This document shows, in pieces, positions 1-13,171 of a stretch of 28,110 bases of DNA (position 1 is the stretch's first letter; each line of letters opens with the position of its first letter). The stretch covers positions 1 to 28,110 of the forward strand of contig CAVVTZ010000004.1 of assembly GCA_963751275.1 (NCBI GenBank), written 5' to 3'. This DNA comes from an uncultured Gemmatimonadaceae bacterium. Lineage in GTDB: Bacteria > Gemmatimonadota > Gemmatimonadetes > Gemmatimonadales > Gemmatimonadaceae. Both the position numbers and the translations under genes were made by a program. Below the pieces are notes generated by a model. That model did no database searches and had not been told where the DNA came from. It saw nothing but the letters and a program-made list of their open reading frames with translations.

Positions 1-420
1 GCCCGGCTGCCTCTCACGAGCCGGCTGGTGCAGTCGGCGCGGGCCGCACCGGTGATCGTCGTCGCGAGTGCTCCCGAGGCGGACCGTCGCACGGCGCTCG
101 AACGCCATGGGGTGGAGGTCCTCCTGGCGCCGTCGCTGGACGCGGGCCTGGTGGCGCTGCGGGAGCGCGGGATCCGCGCGCTGCTCGTGGAGGGGGGCGC
201 CCGGCTCGCCGCAGCCCTGCTGGAGCGCGCACTCGTGGACCGATTGGTTATCTTTCAGGCGCCGATCAACCTCGGGGCCGGCGCGCTGCGCCCCTTCGAT
301 GCGTTGCCGCCCGCGTTGGTGCCTGACGCCTCGAAATACCGCGTCGTGGACCGGCGCGCGGTGGATGCGGACACGATGACCGTCTTTGCCCTGAGGGAGC
401 TCCAGTGTTCACCGGACTGA
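1..420 (+). CDS. ribD: Riboflavin biosynthesis protein RibD, C-terminal reductase domain (5' partial)
   Basis: Frame is open from base 1 (ARLPLTSRLVQSA...). It contains the RibD_C motifs LLVEGGARLA and VDRLVIFQAPINLG and lies directly upstream of riboflavin synthase. Confidence 0.9.
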   Translation, partial: ARLPLTSRLVQSARAAPVIVVASAPEADRRTALERHGVEVLLAPSLDAGLVALRERGIRALLVEGGARLAAALLERALVDRLVIFQAPINLGAGALRPFDALPPALVPDASKYRVVDRRAVDADTMTVFALRELQCSPD

Positions 421-1010
421 TCGATGATGTCGGACAGATCGAGCGCGTCGCGGCCACACCGGCCGGCGCCGAGCTCACGGTCCGCTGCCGCTACGGGGAC
501 CTCGCGCCCGGCGAGAGTATCGCGCTCAACGGCGCGTGCCTCACCGTGCGCGAGTGCGGCCCGCAGTGGTTCGCCGTCGCCGCGGTGGGCACCACGCTCG
601 AACGCACGAACATCGCGAACTGGAGGCCGGGGACTCGCGTGAACCTCGAGCGCGCGCTCCAGGTGGGCGACCGCCTCGGCGGCCATATCGTGCAGGGCCA
701 CGTCGATGGGTTAGGCACGATCCGCAGCACCCGGGAGGTCGATACCGCGAGACTCCTCGATGTGTCGTTCCCGCTGCCGCTGCTCGATCTGGTCGTGCTC
801 CACGGCTCGGTCGCGATCGATGGTGTGAGCCTCACCGTGAATGCGCTGCCGTCGCCGGACACCGTGCAGGTGGCGATCATCGACTATACGCTCCGCCATA
901 CCACGCTCGGCGAACTCGCCGCCGGCGACCACGTGCACGTGGAGGCGGACGTCGTCGCCAAGCACGTGCAGAAGCTCATGGCGCCTTTCAGCGCGGGAGT
1001 GGTCTCGTGA
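405..1010 (+). CDS. ribE: Riboflavin synthase (alpha chain)
   Basis: Starts with the diagnostic MFTGLI. Motifs SIALNGACLTV, VNLERAL, GGHIVQGHVDG and GSVAIDGVSLTVN are present. Confidence 0.97.
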   Translation: MFTGLIDDVGQIERVAATPAGAELTVRCRYGDLAPGESIALNGACLTVRECGPQWFAVAAVGTTLERTNIANWRPGTRVNLERALQVGDRLGGHIVQGHVDGLGTIRSTREVDTARLLDVSFPLPLLDLVVLHGSVAIDGVSLTVNALPSPDTVQVAIIDYTLRHTTLGELAAGDHVHVEADVVAKHVQKLMAPFSAGVVS

Positions 1011-2221
1011 GCTCCCCCTTCGGCACCGTCGAGCAGGCGATCGCGGACATCCGCGCCGGCAAGCTCATCATCGTCGCCGACGACGAGGATCGCGAGAACG
1101 AGGGCGATCTCATCGGCGCGGCGGAGTTGATGACCCCCGAGATGGTCAACTTCGTCACGAAGCGCGGGAGCGGGCTGCTCTGTCTCGCGCTGCCGTCCGA
1201 CCGCTGCGACGAGCTCGGGCTCACCGCCGTCTCCGAGAACAACGTGGACGCGTACCGCACCGCGTACACGGTGAGCATCGATGCGGTCGCGCGCCATGGC
1301 GTCACGACCGGCATCAGTGCGCGCGACCGCGCGATCACGATCCGCGTGGCCGCCGATCCGGCAATGACCGCGGCCGACATTCGGCACGGCGGCCACATCC
1401 AGCCTCTGCGCGCGCGGCGCGGCGGCGTGCTGGAGCGCACCGGCCACACCGAGGCGGCGATCGACCTCGCGCGCCTCGCCGGATTGCAGCCCGCCGGCGT
1501 CGTCTGCGAGATCCTGCGCGATGACGACGGCCAGCCCGCGCGCCGCCCGGAGCTCGAGAAATTCGCGCGCGAGCACGCGCTCACCTTCATCACGGTCGCG
1601 CAGCTCGTTGCGCACCGCCTGCAGAACGAGCGGCTCGTCCACCGCGTCGCCGAGGCGCGCCTCCCCACCGAGTGGGGCGAGTGGCGGATCATCGGCTACC
1701 GGAACGATGTGGACGCGCATGAGCACGTCGCGCTCGTCTACGGCGACGTCGCCGGCGGCGAGAACGTGCTGGCCCGCATGCATTCGCGCTGCCTCACTGG
1801 CGACGTGTTCGGCTCGCAGCGCTGCGACTGCGGCTGGCAGTTGCACAGCGCGATGCAGATGATCGCCGAGGCCGGCAGCGGCGTGGTGGTCTATCTCGAC
1901 CAGGAAGGGCGCGGCATCGGCCTGCTCAACAAGCTCCGCGCGTACGCGCTGCAGGACGCGGGCGCGGATACGGTGGAGGCCAACGAGCAACTGGGCTTCA
2001 AGCCCGATCTCCGCAACTACGGGATCGGCGCGCAGATCCTGCTCGACCTGGGCCTCAAGTCGATCCGGCCGATGACGAACAATCCTCGCAAGATCGTCGG
2101 GCTCGAGGGGTACGGGCTCGGCGTGGGCGAACGCGTGCCGATCCGCGCGCCGAGCACCGTGGAGAACAGCGGCTATCTCGCGGTGAAGCAGAGCAAGCTC
2201 GGCCACTTGTTGGCGCACTGA
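1007..2221 (+). CDS. ribBA: Bifunctional DHBP synthase / GTP cyclohydrolase II
   Basis: GTG start overlaps the ribE stop (GTGA). DDEDRENEGDL and ERTGHTEA mark RibB; RMHSRCLTGDVFGSQRCDC and QEGRGIGLLNK mark RibA. Confidence 0.97.
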   Translation: MSSPFGTVEQAIADIRAGKLIIVADDEDRENEGDLIGAAELMTPEMVNFVTKRGSGLLCLALPSDRCDELGLTAVSENNVDAYRTAYTVSIDAVARHGVTTGISARDRAITIRVAADPAMTAADIRHGGHIQPLRARRGGVLERTGHTEAAIDLARLAGLQPAGVVCEILRDDDGQPARRPELEKFAREHALTFITVAQLVAHRLQNERLVHRVAEARLPTEWGEWRIIGYRNDVDAHEHVALVYGDVAGGENVLARMHSRCLTGDVFGSQRCDCGWQLHSAMQMIAEAGSGVVVYLDQEGRGIGLLNKLRAYALQDAGADTVEANEQLGFKPDLRNYGIGAQILLDLGLKSIRPMTNNPRKIVGLEGYGLGVGERVPIRAPSTVENSGYLAVKQSKLGHLLAH

Positions 2222-2700
2222 TGGCGGAGTTCAGCGGAACACCCACCGGCGCCGGCCGGCGCATCGCCGTCGCCGTGAGCCGGTTCAATGAGACCGTCAC
2301 GCAGAAGCTGGTGGACGGCGCGTTGGACGCGCTGCTCAAGCACGGCGTGGCGCTCGACGACATCGATGTCGTCTGGGTGCCCGGCGCGTGGGAGCTCCCG
2401 GCGGCCGCGCGCGTGCTCCTCGCCAGCGAGCGCTACGACGCGCTCATCGCGCTCGGCGCCGTGATCCGGGGCGAGACGCCGCACTTCGAGTACGTGGCCG
2501 GTGAGGGCGCGCGGGGGCTCGCCGATGCCGCGGCCGAAGCCAACGTGCCGCTCGGGTTCGGCCTGCTCACCTGCGACACGGTGCAGCAGGCGATGGACCG
2601 CGCGGGCGGCGCCCACGGCAACAAGGGCTGGGACGCGGCGCTCGCCGCGCTCGAGATGGCCGACCTGTTCGACCAGCTCCAGGCGGGCGATGAAGATTGA
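2221..2700 (+). CDS. ribH: 6,7-dimethyl-8-ribityllumazine synthase
   Basis: Motifs VSRFN, VPGAWELP, GAVIRGETPHFEYV and GNKG. Confidence 0.97.
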   Translation: MAEFSGTPTGAGRRIAVAVSRFNETVTQKLVDGALDALLKHGVALDDIDVVWVPGAWELPAAARVLLASERYDALIALGAVIRGETPHFEYVAGEGARGLADAAAEANVPLGFGLLTCDTVQQAMDRAGGAHGNKGWDAALAALEMADLFDQLQAGDED

Positions 2701-3103
2701 GACGCGCGCGCGGGCGCGCGCGGTGCAGGCGGTGTATGCATGGGATGTGACCGGCGCGGACTCGCTCGAGCGCGTGTCCGAGCGCCTCTGGGATGACATC
2801 GTGGTCACCGGCACGGTGCGCCGTCGCGCCGCGGCGCTGGTGAAGGCGGTCGGCGAGCGCTGTGCGACGATCGACGCACTCCTCCGCGACGTGACCGAGA
2901 ACTGGCGCCTCGAGCGGCTGGGCGCGATCGAGCGCTCGGTGCTGCGCGTGGCCGCCGCCGAACTCGCGATGGAAGAGACACCGCCCAAGGTCGTGATCCA
3001 GGAGGCCGTGCGGCTCACCGAGCGATTCGGCAGCGAGGCGAGCGCGCGATTCGTGAACGGCGTGCTCGACGCGCTCGCGCGGCACATGGGGCGCCTCGCG
3101 TGA
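2690..3103 (+). CDS. nusB: Transcription antitermination factor NusB
   Basis: RARARAVQAVY, NWRLERLGAIERSVLR, PPKVVIQEAVRL and FVNGVLD; the ribH-nusB linkage is typical. Confidence 0.95.
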   Translation: MKIETRARARAVQAVYAWDVTGADSLERVSERLWDDIVVTGTVRRRAAALVKAVGERCATIDALLRDVTENWRLERLGAIERSVLRVAAAELAMEETPPKVVIQEAVRLTERFGSEASARFVNGVLDALARHMGRLA

Positions 3104-4200
3104 AGCTCGTCGTCGTCAACTGGAACGATCGCGAGAATCCGCACGCCGGCGGCGCCGAGATCCACCTGCATGAGATCTTCGGCCGGCTCGCCGCGCGCGG
3201 GCACGCGGTCACGCTGCTGAGCAGCGGCTGGGCGGGCTGCGCGCCGCGCGCCGTGCTCGACGGCATCGACGTCCACCGCGTGGGTGCGCGTTATACGTTC
3301 CAGTTCCAGGCGCACGCGTACTATCGCCGCGCGCTCGCGCCGCTGAACGCCGACGTGCTGATCGAGGACATCAACAAGGTGCCGCTCTACACGCCGCGCT
3401 GGCACGCGCGTCGCACGATGGCGCTCGTGCCGCACCTCTTCGGCAGCACGGCGTTCCAGGAGGTCTCCTGGCCAATGGCGGCCATGGTCTGGACGCTCGA
3501 GCGGCCGCTCGTGCCCGTCTACCGTGGCATCCCCTTCGAGGCGATCAGCGAGAGCACCGCCGGCGATCTCGCCGACCGCGGCGTGCCGCGCGACACGATC
3601 CGCGTGATCTACCCGGGCATTGACTCTGTCTTCTATACGCCAGCCCCCGATGCGCGCGCGCCGGAGCCGCTCTTCGTCTACCTGGGCCGTTTGAAGCGAT
3701 ATAAGCGGGTGGATCTGATCATTCGGGCCTTCGCGCAGATGGCGCACCCCACCGCGCGGCTGCTCATCGCCGGCACCGGCGGCCACCGCGCCGAACTCGA
3801 GGCGCTCGCGCGCTCGCTTGACCTCGGGCAACGCGTGGAGTTTCTTGGATTCGTGACCGATGCGCAGAAGCTCGCGCTGCTGCGCCGGGCATGGGCCCTG
3901 GTGTTCACGTCGCCCAAGGAAGGGTGGGGGATCACGAACTTCGAAGCGGCGGCGTGCTGTACGCCGGTGATCGCGTCGGATTCGCCGGGATTGCGGGAAT
4001 CGGTGCGGGACGGCGAGACCGGATTCCTGGTGCCCCACGGCGATGTGGCCGCGCTCACGAAGTCGATGACCCGCATCGCCGGAGACCGCGCGCTCGTGGC
4101 GGCGCTGGGAGCCAAGGGACGGATCTTCGCCGAGCGGTTCTCGTGGGACCGCGCGGCGGATGAAACGGAAGCGCATCTCGCGTCGATCGCCGGCGCGTAG
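3100..4200 (+). CDS. Glycosyltransferase family 4 (GT-B fold)
   Basis: N-terminal GGAE, YLGRLKRYKRVD, EGWGITNFEAAAC (EX7E-type motif) and ESVRDGETGFLV. Confidence 0.92.
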   Translation: MKLVVVNWNDRENPHAGGAEIHLHEIFGRLAARGHAVTLLSSGWAGCAPRAVLDGIDVHRVGARYTFQFQAHAYYRRALAPLNADVLIEDINKVPLYTPRWHARRTMALVPHLFGSTAFQEVSWPMAAMVWTLERPLVPVYRGIPFEAISESTAGDLADRGVPRDTIRVIYPGIDSVFYTPAPDARAPEPLFVYLGRLKRYKRVDLIIRAFAQMAHPTARLLIAGTGGHRAELEALARSLDLGQRVEFLGFVTDAQKLALLRRAWALVFTSPKEGWGITNFEAAACCTPVIASDSPGLRESVRDGETGFLVPHGDVAALTKSMTRIAGDRALVAALGAKGRIFAERFSWDRAADETEAHLASIAGA

Positions 4201-4212
4201 CTCAACGGGAGA

Positions 4213-4530
4213 GTGCCAGTGCGAATCGATTTCCACGCCCACCATGCTCTGATCTCCGATTCCCTCCGTTTGCGCGCGACGCGCACGATGAATCGCATCG
4301 CCGGCCGCGCGCCGCATCCGATGGACGCCGCCGTGCGCGTGGAGCGCGACGGCCCGGACATCCACGTCGAGGTGGAATTGCACGCGAAGCGGCGCAAGCC
4401 GCTCGTCGGCACCGCGCGCGCGCGGTTCGCCGGGCCGGCGTTCACCGAGGCGGTGGCGAATCTCGAGGCGCAGGTCACCAAGGCGCGCACCCGCATCGCG
4501 TCGCGCCGCGCCGCAAAAGCCCGCGCATGA
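4213..4530 (+). CDS. HPF/RaiA (S30AE) family ribosome-associated protein, short divergent form
   Basis: About 105 aa with an HPF-like pattern (ISDSLR...HVEVELH...AFTEAVANLEAQV). It lies directly upstream of hprK, the usual position of hpf. Confidence 0.7.
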   Translation: MPVRIDFHAHHALISDSLRLRATRTMNRIAGRAPHPMDAAVRVERDGPDIHVEVELHAKRRKPLVGTARARFAGPAFTEAVANLEAQVTKARTRIASRRAAKARA

Positions 4531-5498
4531 GACAGCCCTTCACCGTCGGGCGCCTGTTCGAGATGATGCGCGAGCCGCTGCAGCTCGAGCTCATTGGCGA
4601 CGACGCCGGCCTCAAGCGCGAGATCAAGAGCAGCGAGGTCTCGAGCCCCGGCCTTGTGCTCGCCGGCTACGTCGAGCGCTTCCCCGCCGACCGTGTGCAG
4701 GTGTTCGGGCAGACGGAGATCACGTACCTGGTGTCGCTCCCCGACCACGAGCGGCGGCGCCTGCTCGAACTGTTCTTCTCCTTCGATGTCCCATGCGTCG
4801 TGGTCACGAAGGCGCAGGCGATCCCGACCGAGATGCGCGAGCGCGCCTCGGCGCGCGGCGTGCCGATCCTGCGCACCGCGCTGAGCACGTCCGAGTTCTT
4901 CCAGCGGGTGAAGCCGGCGATCGCCGATGAGTTCGCGCCCACCACCACGCTGCACGGGTCGCTCGCCGACATCTACGGCGTCGGCGTGCTCTTCACCGGG
5001 CAGAGCGGCATCGGCAAGTCCGAGTGCGTGCTCGATCTCGTCGAGCGCGGGCACCGGCTGGTCGCCGACGATCTCGTCATCGCGTCGCGCCGCGGCAGCG
5101 ACATCATCATCGGTCGCGGCCATGAGAACCAGCGGCACCACATGGAGATCCGAGGCGTCGGCGTCATCGACGTCCCGTCGATCTTCGGCGTGCGCGCCGT
5201 GCGCCAGCAGAAGCGCATCGAGGTCGTGGTCCATCTCGAAGAGTGGGACAAGGCCAAGGGCGCCGACCGCACCGGCCTCGACAGCGCGATCGCCGACATC
5301 CTCGGCGTCGAGCTCCCCAAGGCGGTGATCCCGCTGAATCCGGGCAAGAACATCACCGTCGTCGCGGAGGTCGTCGCGATGAACCATCTCCTCAAATACA
5401 GCGGCGTGAACACGGCCGAGGCCTTCAACGACAAGCTCATCGCCCGGATGCGCGCCACCGCCGACCTGCGCCGCTATCTGGCCGAAGACGATGAGTGA
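4527..5498 (+). CDS. hprK: HPr(Ser) kinase/phosphorylase
   Basis: LHG, Walker A GQSGIGKSE, GHRLVADD and the signature MEIRGVGVIDV. Confidence 0.97.
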   Translation: MRQPFTVGRLFEMMREPLQLELIGDDAGLKREIKSSEVSSPGLVLAGYVERFPADRVQVFGQTEITYLVSLPDHERRRLLELFFSFDVPCVVVTKAQAIPTEMRERASARGVPILRTALSTSEFFQRVKPAIADEFAPTTTLHGSLADIYGVGVLFTGQSGIGKSECVLDLVERGHRLVADDLVIASRRGSDIIIGRGHENQRHHMEIRGVGVIDVPSIFGVRAVRQQKRIEVVVHLEEWDKAKGADRTGLDSAIADILGVELPKAVIPLNPGKNITVVAEVVAMNHLLKYSGVNTAEAFNDKLIARMRATADLRRYLAEDDE

Positions 5499-5889
5499 GC
5501 GGCCCGCGGCGATCGTGCTCGCGCACGGCTCGCTCGCCGACGGCCTCGTTTCCGCGGTGCAGGCCATCAGCGGACACGGCGCGCGGCTCATGGCAATGTC
5601 GAACGAAGGGCTGAGCGGCGCCGACCTCGCCGCGCGGCTCACCGCGGCGATGGACGCCACGGGCGCGCGCGTGATCTTCACCGACCTCCCGGCCGGCAGC
5701 TGCAACTCGGCGGCCCTGCGCGCGATCCACGGCCGCGAGGGCGCGGTGGTGGTGATGGGCGCGAACCTGCCCGCGCTGCTGCACTTCGCGATGCACGATG
5801 AGCTGCCCCCCGACGCCGCGGCGCGCCAGGCGGCGGCGCGCGGCCTCGCCGTACTCAAGGCGCACCCGGCCGCACCCAGTGCCGGTTGA
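5491..5889 (+). CDS. PTS mannose/fructose/sorbose family EIIA
   Basis: IVLAHG (phospho-His), FTDLPAGS and GANLPALL. Confidence 0.88.
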   Translation: MSERPAAIVLAHGSLADGLVSAVQAISGHGARLMAMSNEGLSGADLAARLTAAMDATGARVIFTDLPAGSCNSAALRAIHGREGAVVVMGANLPALLHFAMHDELPPDAAARQAAARGLAVLKAHPAAPSAG

Positions 5890-6370
5890 GCTGAACCGGG
5901 TGGACGATCGGCTGATCCACGGCCAGGTCGTCGTCGGCTGGGGACAGGCCCTGGGACTCGCGCTCCTGCTGCTCGTGGACGATGTGATCGCCGCGAGCGA
6001 ATGGGAGCAGGAGCTCTACCGGATGGGCGTGCCGCCGGAGATGGAGGTGCGCTTCGCCTCGGTGGACGAGGCCGCGCGGCAGTGGGCGGCCTGGAACGCG
6101 GACCCGCGGCCGGCGATCCTGCTCACGGCGAGCGTCGACGCGATGGTGCGCCTCGCGGCGCGGGTGCCCGCGCTCAAGACGGTGAACCTCGGCGGCGTGC
6201 ATCAGGGCGCCGGCCGCACGGAACTGCTCCGCTATCTCTATCTCACTCCCGGCGAAGCGAGCCAGCTCTCGGCGCTCGCGGCGCGCGGCGTAGAGGTCAC
6301 CGCGCGCGATGTGCCCACCGCGAGCGCGGTGACGCTCGCCGAGCTGCTCGCGAAGCACGGAGCGGCATGA
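5879..6370 (+). CDS. PTS mannose/sorbose family EIIB
   Basis: GTG start; signature RVDDRLIHGQV and VNLGG. Confidence 0.93.
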   Translation: MPVELNRVDDRLIHGQVVVGWGQALGLALLLLVDDVIAASEWEQELYRMGVPPEMEVRFASVDEAARQWAAWNADPRPAILLTASVDAMVRLAARVPALKTVNLGGVHQGAGRTELLRYLYLTPGEASQLSALAARGVEVTARDVPTASAVTLAELLAKHGAA

Positions 6371-7047
6371 CCGAGACCACCGTGTTGCCGCTCGCGCTCC
6401 TGGGCGGGCTGGTGGGGCTCGATGTCGTGAGCTTCCCCCAGGCGATGTGGTCGCGGCCGCTTGTCGCCGCGACGCTGGGCGGCGCGCTCGCGGGGGATCC
6501 GGCGCGCGGATTGCTCGCCGGCGTCGTGCTCGAGATGCTCGCCATGGAGATGCTCCCCGTGGGTGCGTCGCGGTATCCGGAGTGGGGCACCGCATTGGTG
6601 GTGGGCGGCGCGATCGCCGCCGCCGCGCCGTTCAGCGCCGGCGAACTCGTGCTTGGCGTGATGGTGGCGCTCGCTACCGCGTGGGCCGGCGGCTGGTCGA
6701 TGCATGCCGTGCGCCGGCTCAACGGCATCTGGAGCACGCGGACGCGCGCCGCACTCGAGGCAGGGGACACCAGCGTCGTGACCACCCTGCAGCTGCGCGG
6801 TCTCGCCGTGGACTTCGTTCGCGGTGCGGCACTCACCGCCGCGGCGATGCTGATCGCGCGCCCCCTCGTCGATGCGCTCGCCACGCGTTGTATCCCCTCC
6901 GCCGGCGTCGCGCTCGCCACGCTCGCGGCGCTCGCCGTGGCCGTCGCCGCCTCCGCCGTCTGGCGCAACGCGCCGCCGACTCGAGCCGTCCGCCTCGCCG
7001 CCGTGCTCGCGCTGGCAGCCGGGATCTCACTCGCGGTGGTGCGATGA
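6367..7047 (+). CDS. PTS mannose/sorbose family EIIC
   Basis: Hydrophobic; QAMWSRPLV...LEMLAMEMLPVGASRYPE matches the IIC-Man pattern; ATGA-coupled to IIB. Confidence 0.88.
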   Translation: MTETTVLPLALLGGLVGLDVVSFPQAMWSRPLVAATLGGALAGDPARGLLAGVVLEMLAMEMLPVGASRYPEWGTALVVGGAIAAAAPFSAGELVLGVMVALATAWAGGWSMHAVRRLNGIWSTRTRAALEAGDTSVVTTLQLRGLAVDFVRGAALTAAAMLIARPLVDALATRCIPSAGVALATLAALAVAVAASAVWRNAPPTRAVRLAAVLALAAGISLAVVR

Positions 7048-7862
7048 CCATGGATCGCAGTGCCGGGAGCCGAGCGCCGAGCGCCGACGGCCTGCCGTCC
7101 GAACGCTTGCCCGTCGGCGTGCGTATCAGGATGCTCGCCCGTCTCCTCGCACTCCAATCCTCGTGGAACTACGAGACGCTGATCGGCAACGGCACCGCCT
7201 TCGCGCTCGATCCGGCGCTGCGCCGTCTCCCCGGCGGCGCGGATGGCGCCGCCTACCGCGGTGCGATGGCGCGCGAGGCGCGGTACTTCAACGCACATCC
7301 GTATCTCGCGTCGCTCGCCGTGGGTGCATTGGCGCGCGCGGAGCTGGACGGCGCACCGCCGGAGCAGATCGAACGATTCCGCAACGCCCTGGTAGGGCCG
7401 CTCGGCTCGGTGGGCGATCAGCTCTTCTGGGCCGGATGGCTCCCGTGCTGCGCGATGATCGCGTTGCTCGCCTACGGACTCGGCGGATCATCACTTTTCG
7501 TCGTGCTGCTCTTCCTCGGAGCCTACAACGCGGGCCATATTGCAATGCGCGTGTGGGGCTTGGAAGCGGGGTGGCGGAGCGGATTGCGGCTCGCGGGCGC
7601 GCTCGCGCATCCCGTGCTCCGCGAGGGACCGCGCCGCATCGCGGCGGCGACGCTCGTGCTCGCGGGCCTCGCGCTGCCGCTCGCGGCGGCGCGCATCGTG
7701 GGCGCGGGCGCGGCGCTGGGATCGCCGGCGTGGCGGTGGGCGTTCCCGGCGGGCGCACTGGTGATGGCGGCCGCGCTCGTTCGGCTCCGCGGCCGGGTTG
7801 AGGGATGGAAGGCCGCGTTCGGTGTCCTCCTGCTGCTGGTCATCTACTCCGTGCTGCGATGA
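7044..7862 (+). CDS. PTS mannose family EIID
   Basis: LQSSWNYETL, YFNAHPY and GPLGSVGDQLFW signatures. Confidence 0.92.
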   Translation: MTMDRSAGSRAPSADGLPSERLPVGVRIRMLARLLALQSSWNYETLIGNGTAFALDPALRRLPGGADGAAYRGAMAREARYFNAHPYLASLAVGALARAELDGAPPEQIERFRNALVGPLGSVGDQLFWAGWLPCCAMIALLAYGLGGSSLFVVLLFLGAYNAGHIAMRVWGLEAGWRSGLRLAGALAHPVLREGPRRIAAATLVLAGLALPLAAARIVGAGAALGSPAWRWAFPAGALVMAAALVRLRGRVEGWKAAFGVLLLLVIYSVLR

Positions 7863-8127
7863 CCGCCGAACGCATCGTGAAGATCGTGAACGAGAATGGC
7901 CTCCACGCGCGGCCCGCGGCCGAGGTCGTCAAGGTGGCTGGGAGGTTCAAGTGCGATATCACCATGATCCGTGACGATCTCGAAGTGAACGCGAAGAGCA
8001 TCATGGGCGTCATGATGCTCGCGGCCGAGTGCGGCTCGGAATTGATCGTGCGCGCCAACGGCTCCGACGCGCAGGAAGCGGTGGATGCGATCGCCGCGCT
8101 CGTCGCGAACAAGTTCGGGGAGCGGAA

Positions 8128-8131
<4 letters not shown>
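7859..8131 (+). CDS. ptsH: Phosphocarrier protein HPr
   Basis: GLHARPA (His15) and NAKSIMGVMML (Ser46). Confidence 0.97.
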
Positions 8132-11895
<3,764 letters not shown>

Positions 11896-11899
<4 letters not shown>

Positions 11900-12876
11900 T
11901 CGCCGCGCGCCTCGCGTTGTTGGCCGGCCTTGCGATGTGGATGTGGCAAGGCGCGGCGCCCGGCGCGCGCCCGGTGCGGCGCAGCGCGCGCGCGTGGTCG
12001 ATGGCCGGGTGGTGCGTCCCGCGCCCGCGAGCGGCACGCTCTCGCCCGTCGCGGGCGCGTGGGTGGTGCTGCATTGCGTCGGCTCCGACACCGCGCGCCC
12101 GCTCGACTCCGTGCGCACGCGCGCCGACGGCGGCTACCGCATCGCGTATCGCGCCTTCGGCGTCGAGGACGCGATCTACTTCGTGGCGGTGCGGCACGAT
12201 GGCGTCGCGTACTTCTCCGCGCCGCTGCATGACGCGCGCGTCGACGGGCGCCGACGCCGAGCTCACGGTGTACGACACGTCCTCCGCCGGCGACCCGCTG
12301 CGCGAGCGCGGGCGGCACGTGATCGTCTTCGCGCCGGCGTCCGGCGTGCGCAAGGTGGTGGAGGTGTACGAGCTGGAGAACACCGGCCGCACCACGCGCG
12401 TCTCCGCCGGCGATGGCGAGCCGGTGTGGCGCGCGGCGATCCCCGATGCGGCCTCGGCCTTCCATGCGGGCGAGGGCGACATCTCGGCGGCGGCCATATC
12501 CGGCGGCGCCGGCAAAGCCGAGGTCTTCGCGCCGATCGCACCCGGCATCAAGCAGGTGAGCTTCACGTACTCGCTGCCCCCGGCCTCGTTCCCGCTCGCC
12601 CTGCCGCCCTCGAGCGACAGTCTCGTGCTCGAAGTCCTACTCGAGGAGGATGGCGCGATCGCCGCCGGCGCCGGACTGCACCGCGCCGACAGCGTCACCG
12701 TGGATGGGCACCACTTGTCGCGCTGGCTCTCGCCGAACGCGCCGAAGAACGCCGTCGTCACGATCACGGGCGGCCGCCGTACGAACCCGATGACGTACGC
12801 GGTGGCCGGCCTCGTGATCGTGATCGCGGGCGCGATGCTCGTCGCGCTCGCCGCTTCCTACAAGCGGAGCGGTTGA
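11896..12876 (+). CDS. Exported/membrane-anchored hypothetical protein (possible carboxypeptidase-regulatory-like domain); two compensating frameshifts near 11970 and 12250
   Basis: GTGA-coupled start and a signal-peptide-like N-terminus. The middle segment (VDGRVVRP...WVVLH...YFSAPL) lies in another frame. A C-terminal TM helix is followed by YKRSG. Confidence 0.7.
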
Positions 12877-12901
12877 CGCGCCCCGCCGGCGGCGGTAGCT
12901 T
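12873..12901 (+). promoter_or_regulatory. Sigma70-type promoter for the riboswitch/btu operon
   Basis: TTGACG (12873-12878), a 17-nt spacer, then TAGCTT (12896-12901), just upstream of the riboswitch. Confidence 0.65.
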
Positions 12902-12918
12902 CGATCCACAATTGAATT

Positions 12919-13063
12919 GCGGATGCGGGTCCCGGAAGCCGGTGCGAATCCGGCGCGGTCCCGCCACTGTAACGGGCATCATGAGTGCGCTCACCACGCC
13001 ACTGGCCAGACCGGCTGGGAAGGCGGGCGCGCTGCCCGAAGCCAGGAGACGCCTCGCGTCCGC
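12919..13063 (+). promoter_or_regulatory. Cobalamin (B12) riboswitch aptamer
   Basis: GGAAGCCGGTGCGAATCCGGCGCGGTCCCGCCACTGTAAC, GCCACTGG...GGGAAGGC and the B12 box AAGCCAGGAGAC. The closing stem is GCGGATGCG/CGCGTCCGC, and the element lies upstream of B12 uptake genes. Confidence 0.95.
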
Positions 13064-13132
13064 GCCACGAACTCAGACCCTCGGAGAAAGGGCTGGTGGC
13101 CGCGCGAGGCATTCACTCACGCGCGCGCACCC

Positions 13133-13171
13133 GGGCACCGCTCCGATACGGAGGGTGTCCGTTTTGTTTCT
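13133..13171 (+). terminator. Riboswitch expression platform: terminator-like hairpin that also sequesters the btuF Shine-Dalgarno
   Basis: GGGCACC-g-CTCCG-ata-CGGAG-GGTGTCC followed by GTTTTGTTTCT. GGAGG (13150-13154) lies in the 3' arm. Confidence 0.7.

Noticed and set aside
2173..5858. Long antisense ORFs (736 aa and 726 aa; likewise 15813-17933)
   Set aside because: They are shadow frames of well-supported + strand genes in high-GC DNA and contain no recognisable motifs.
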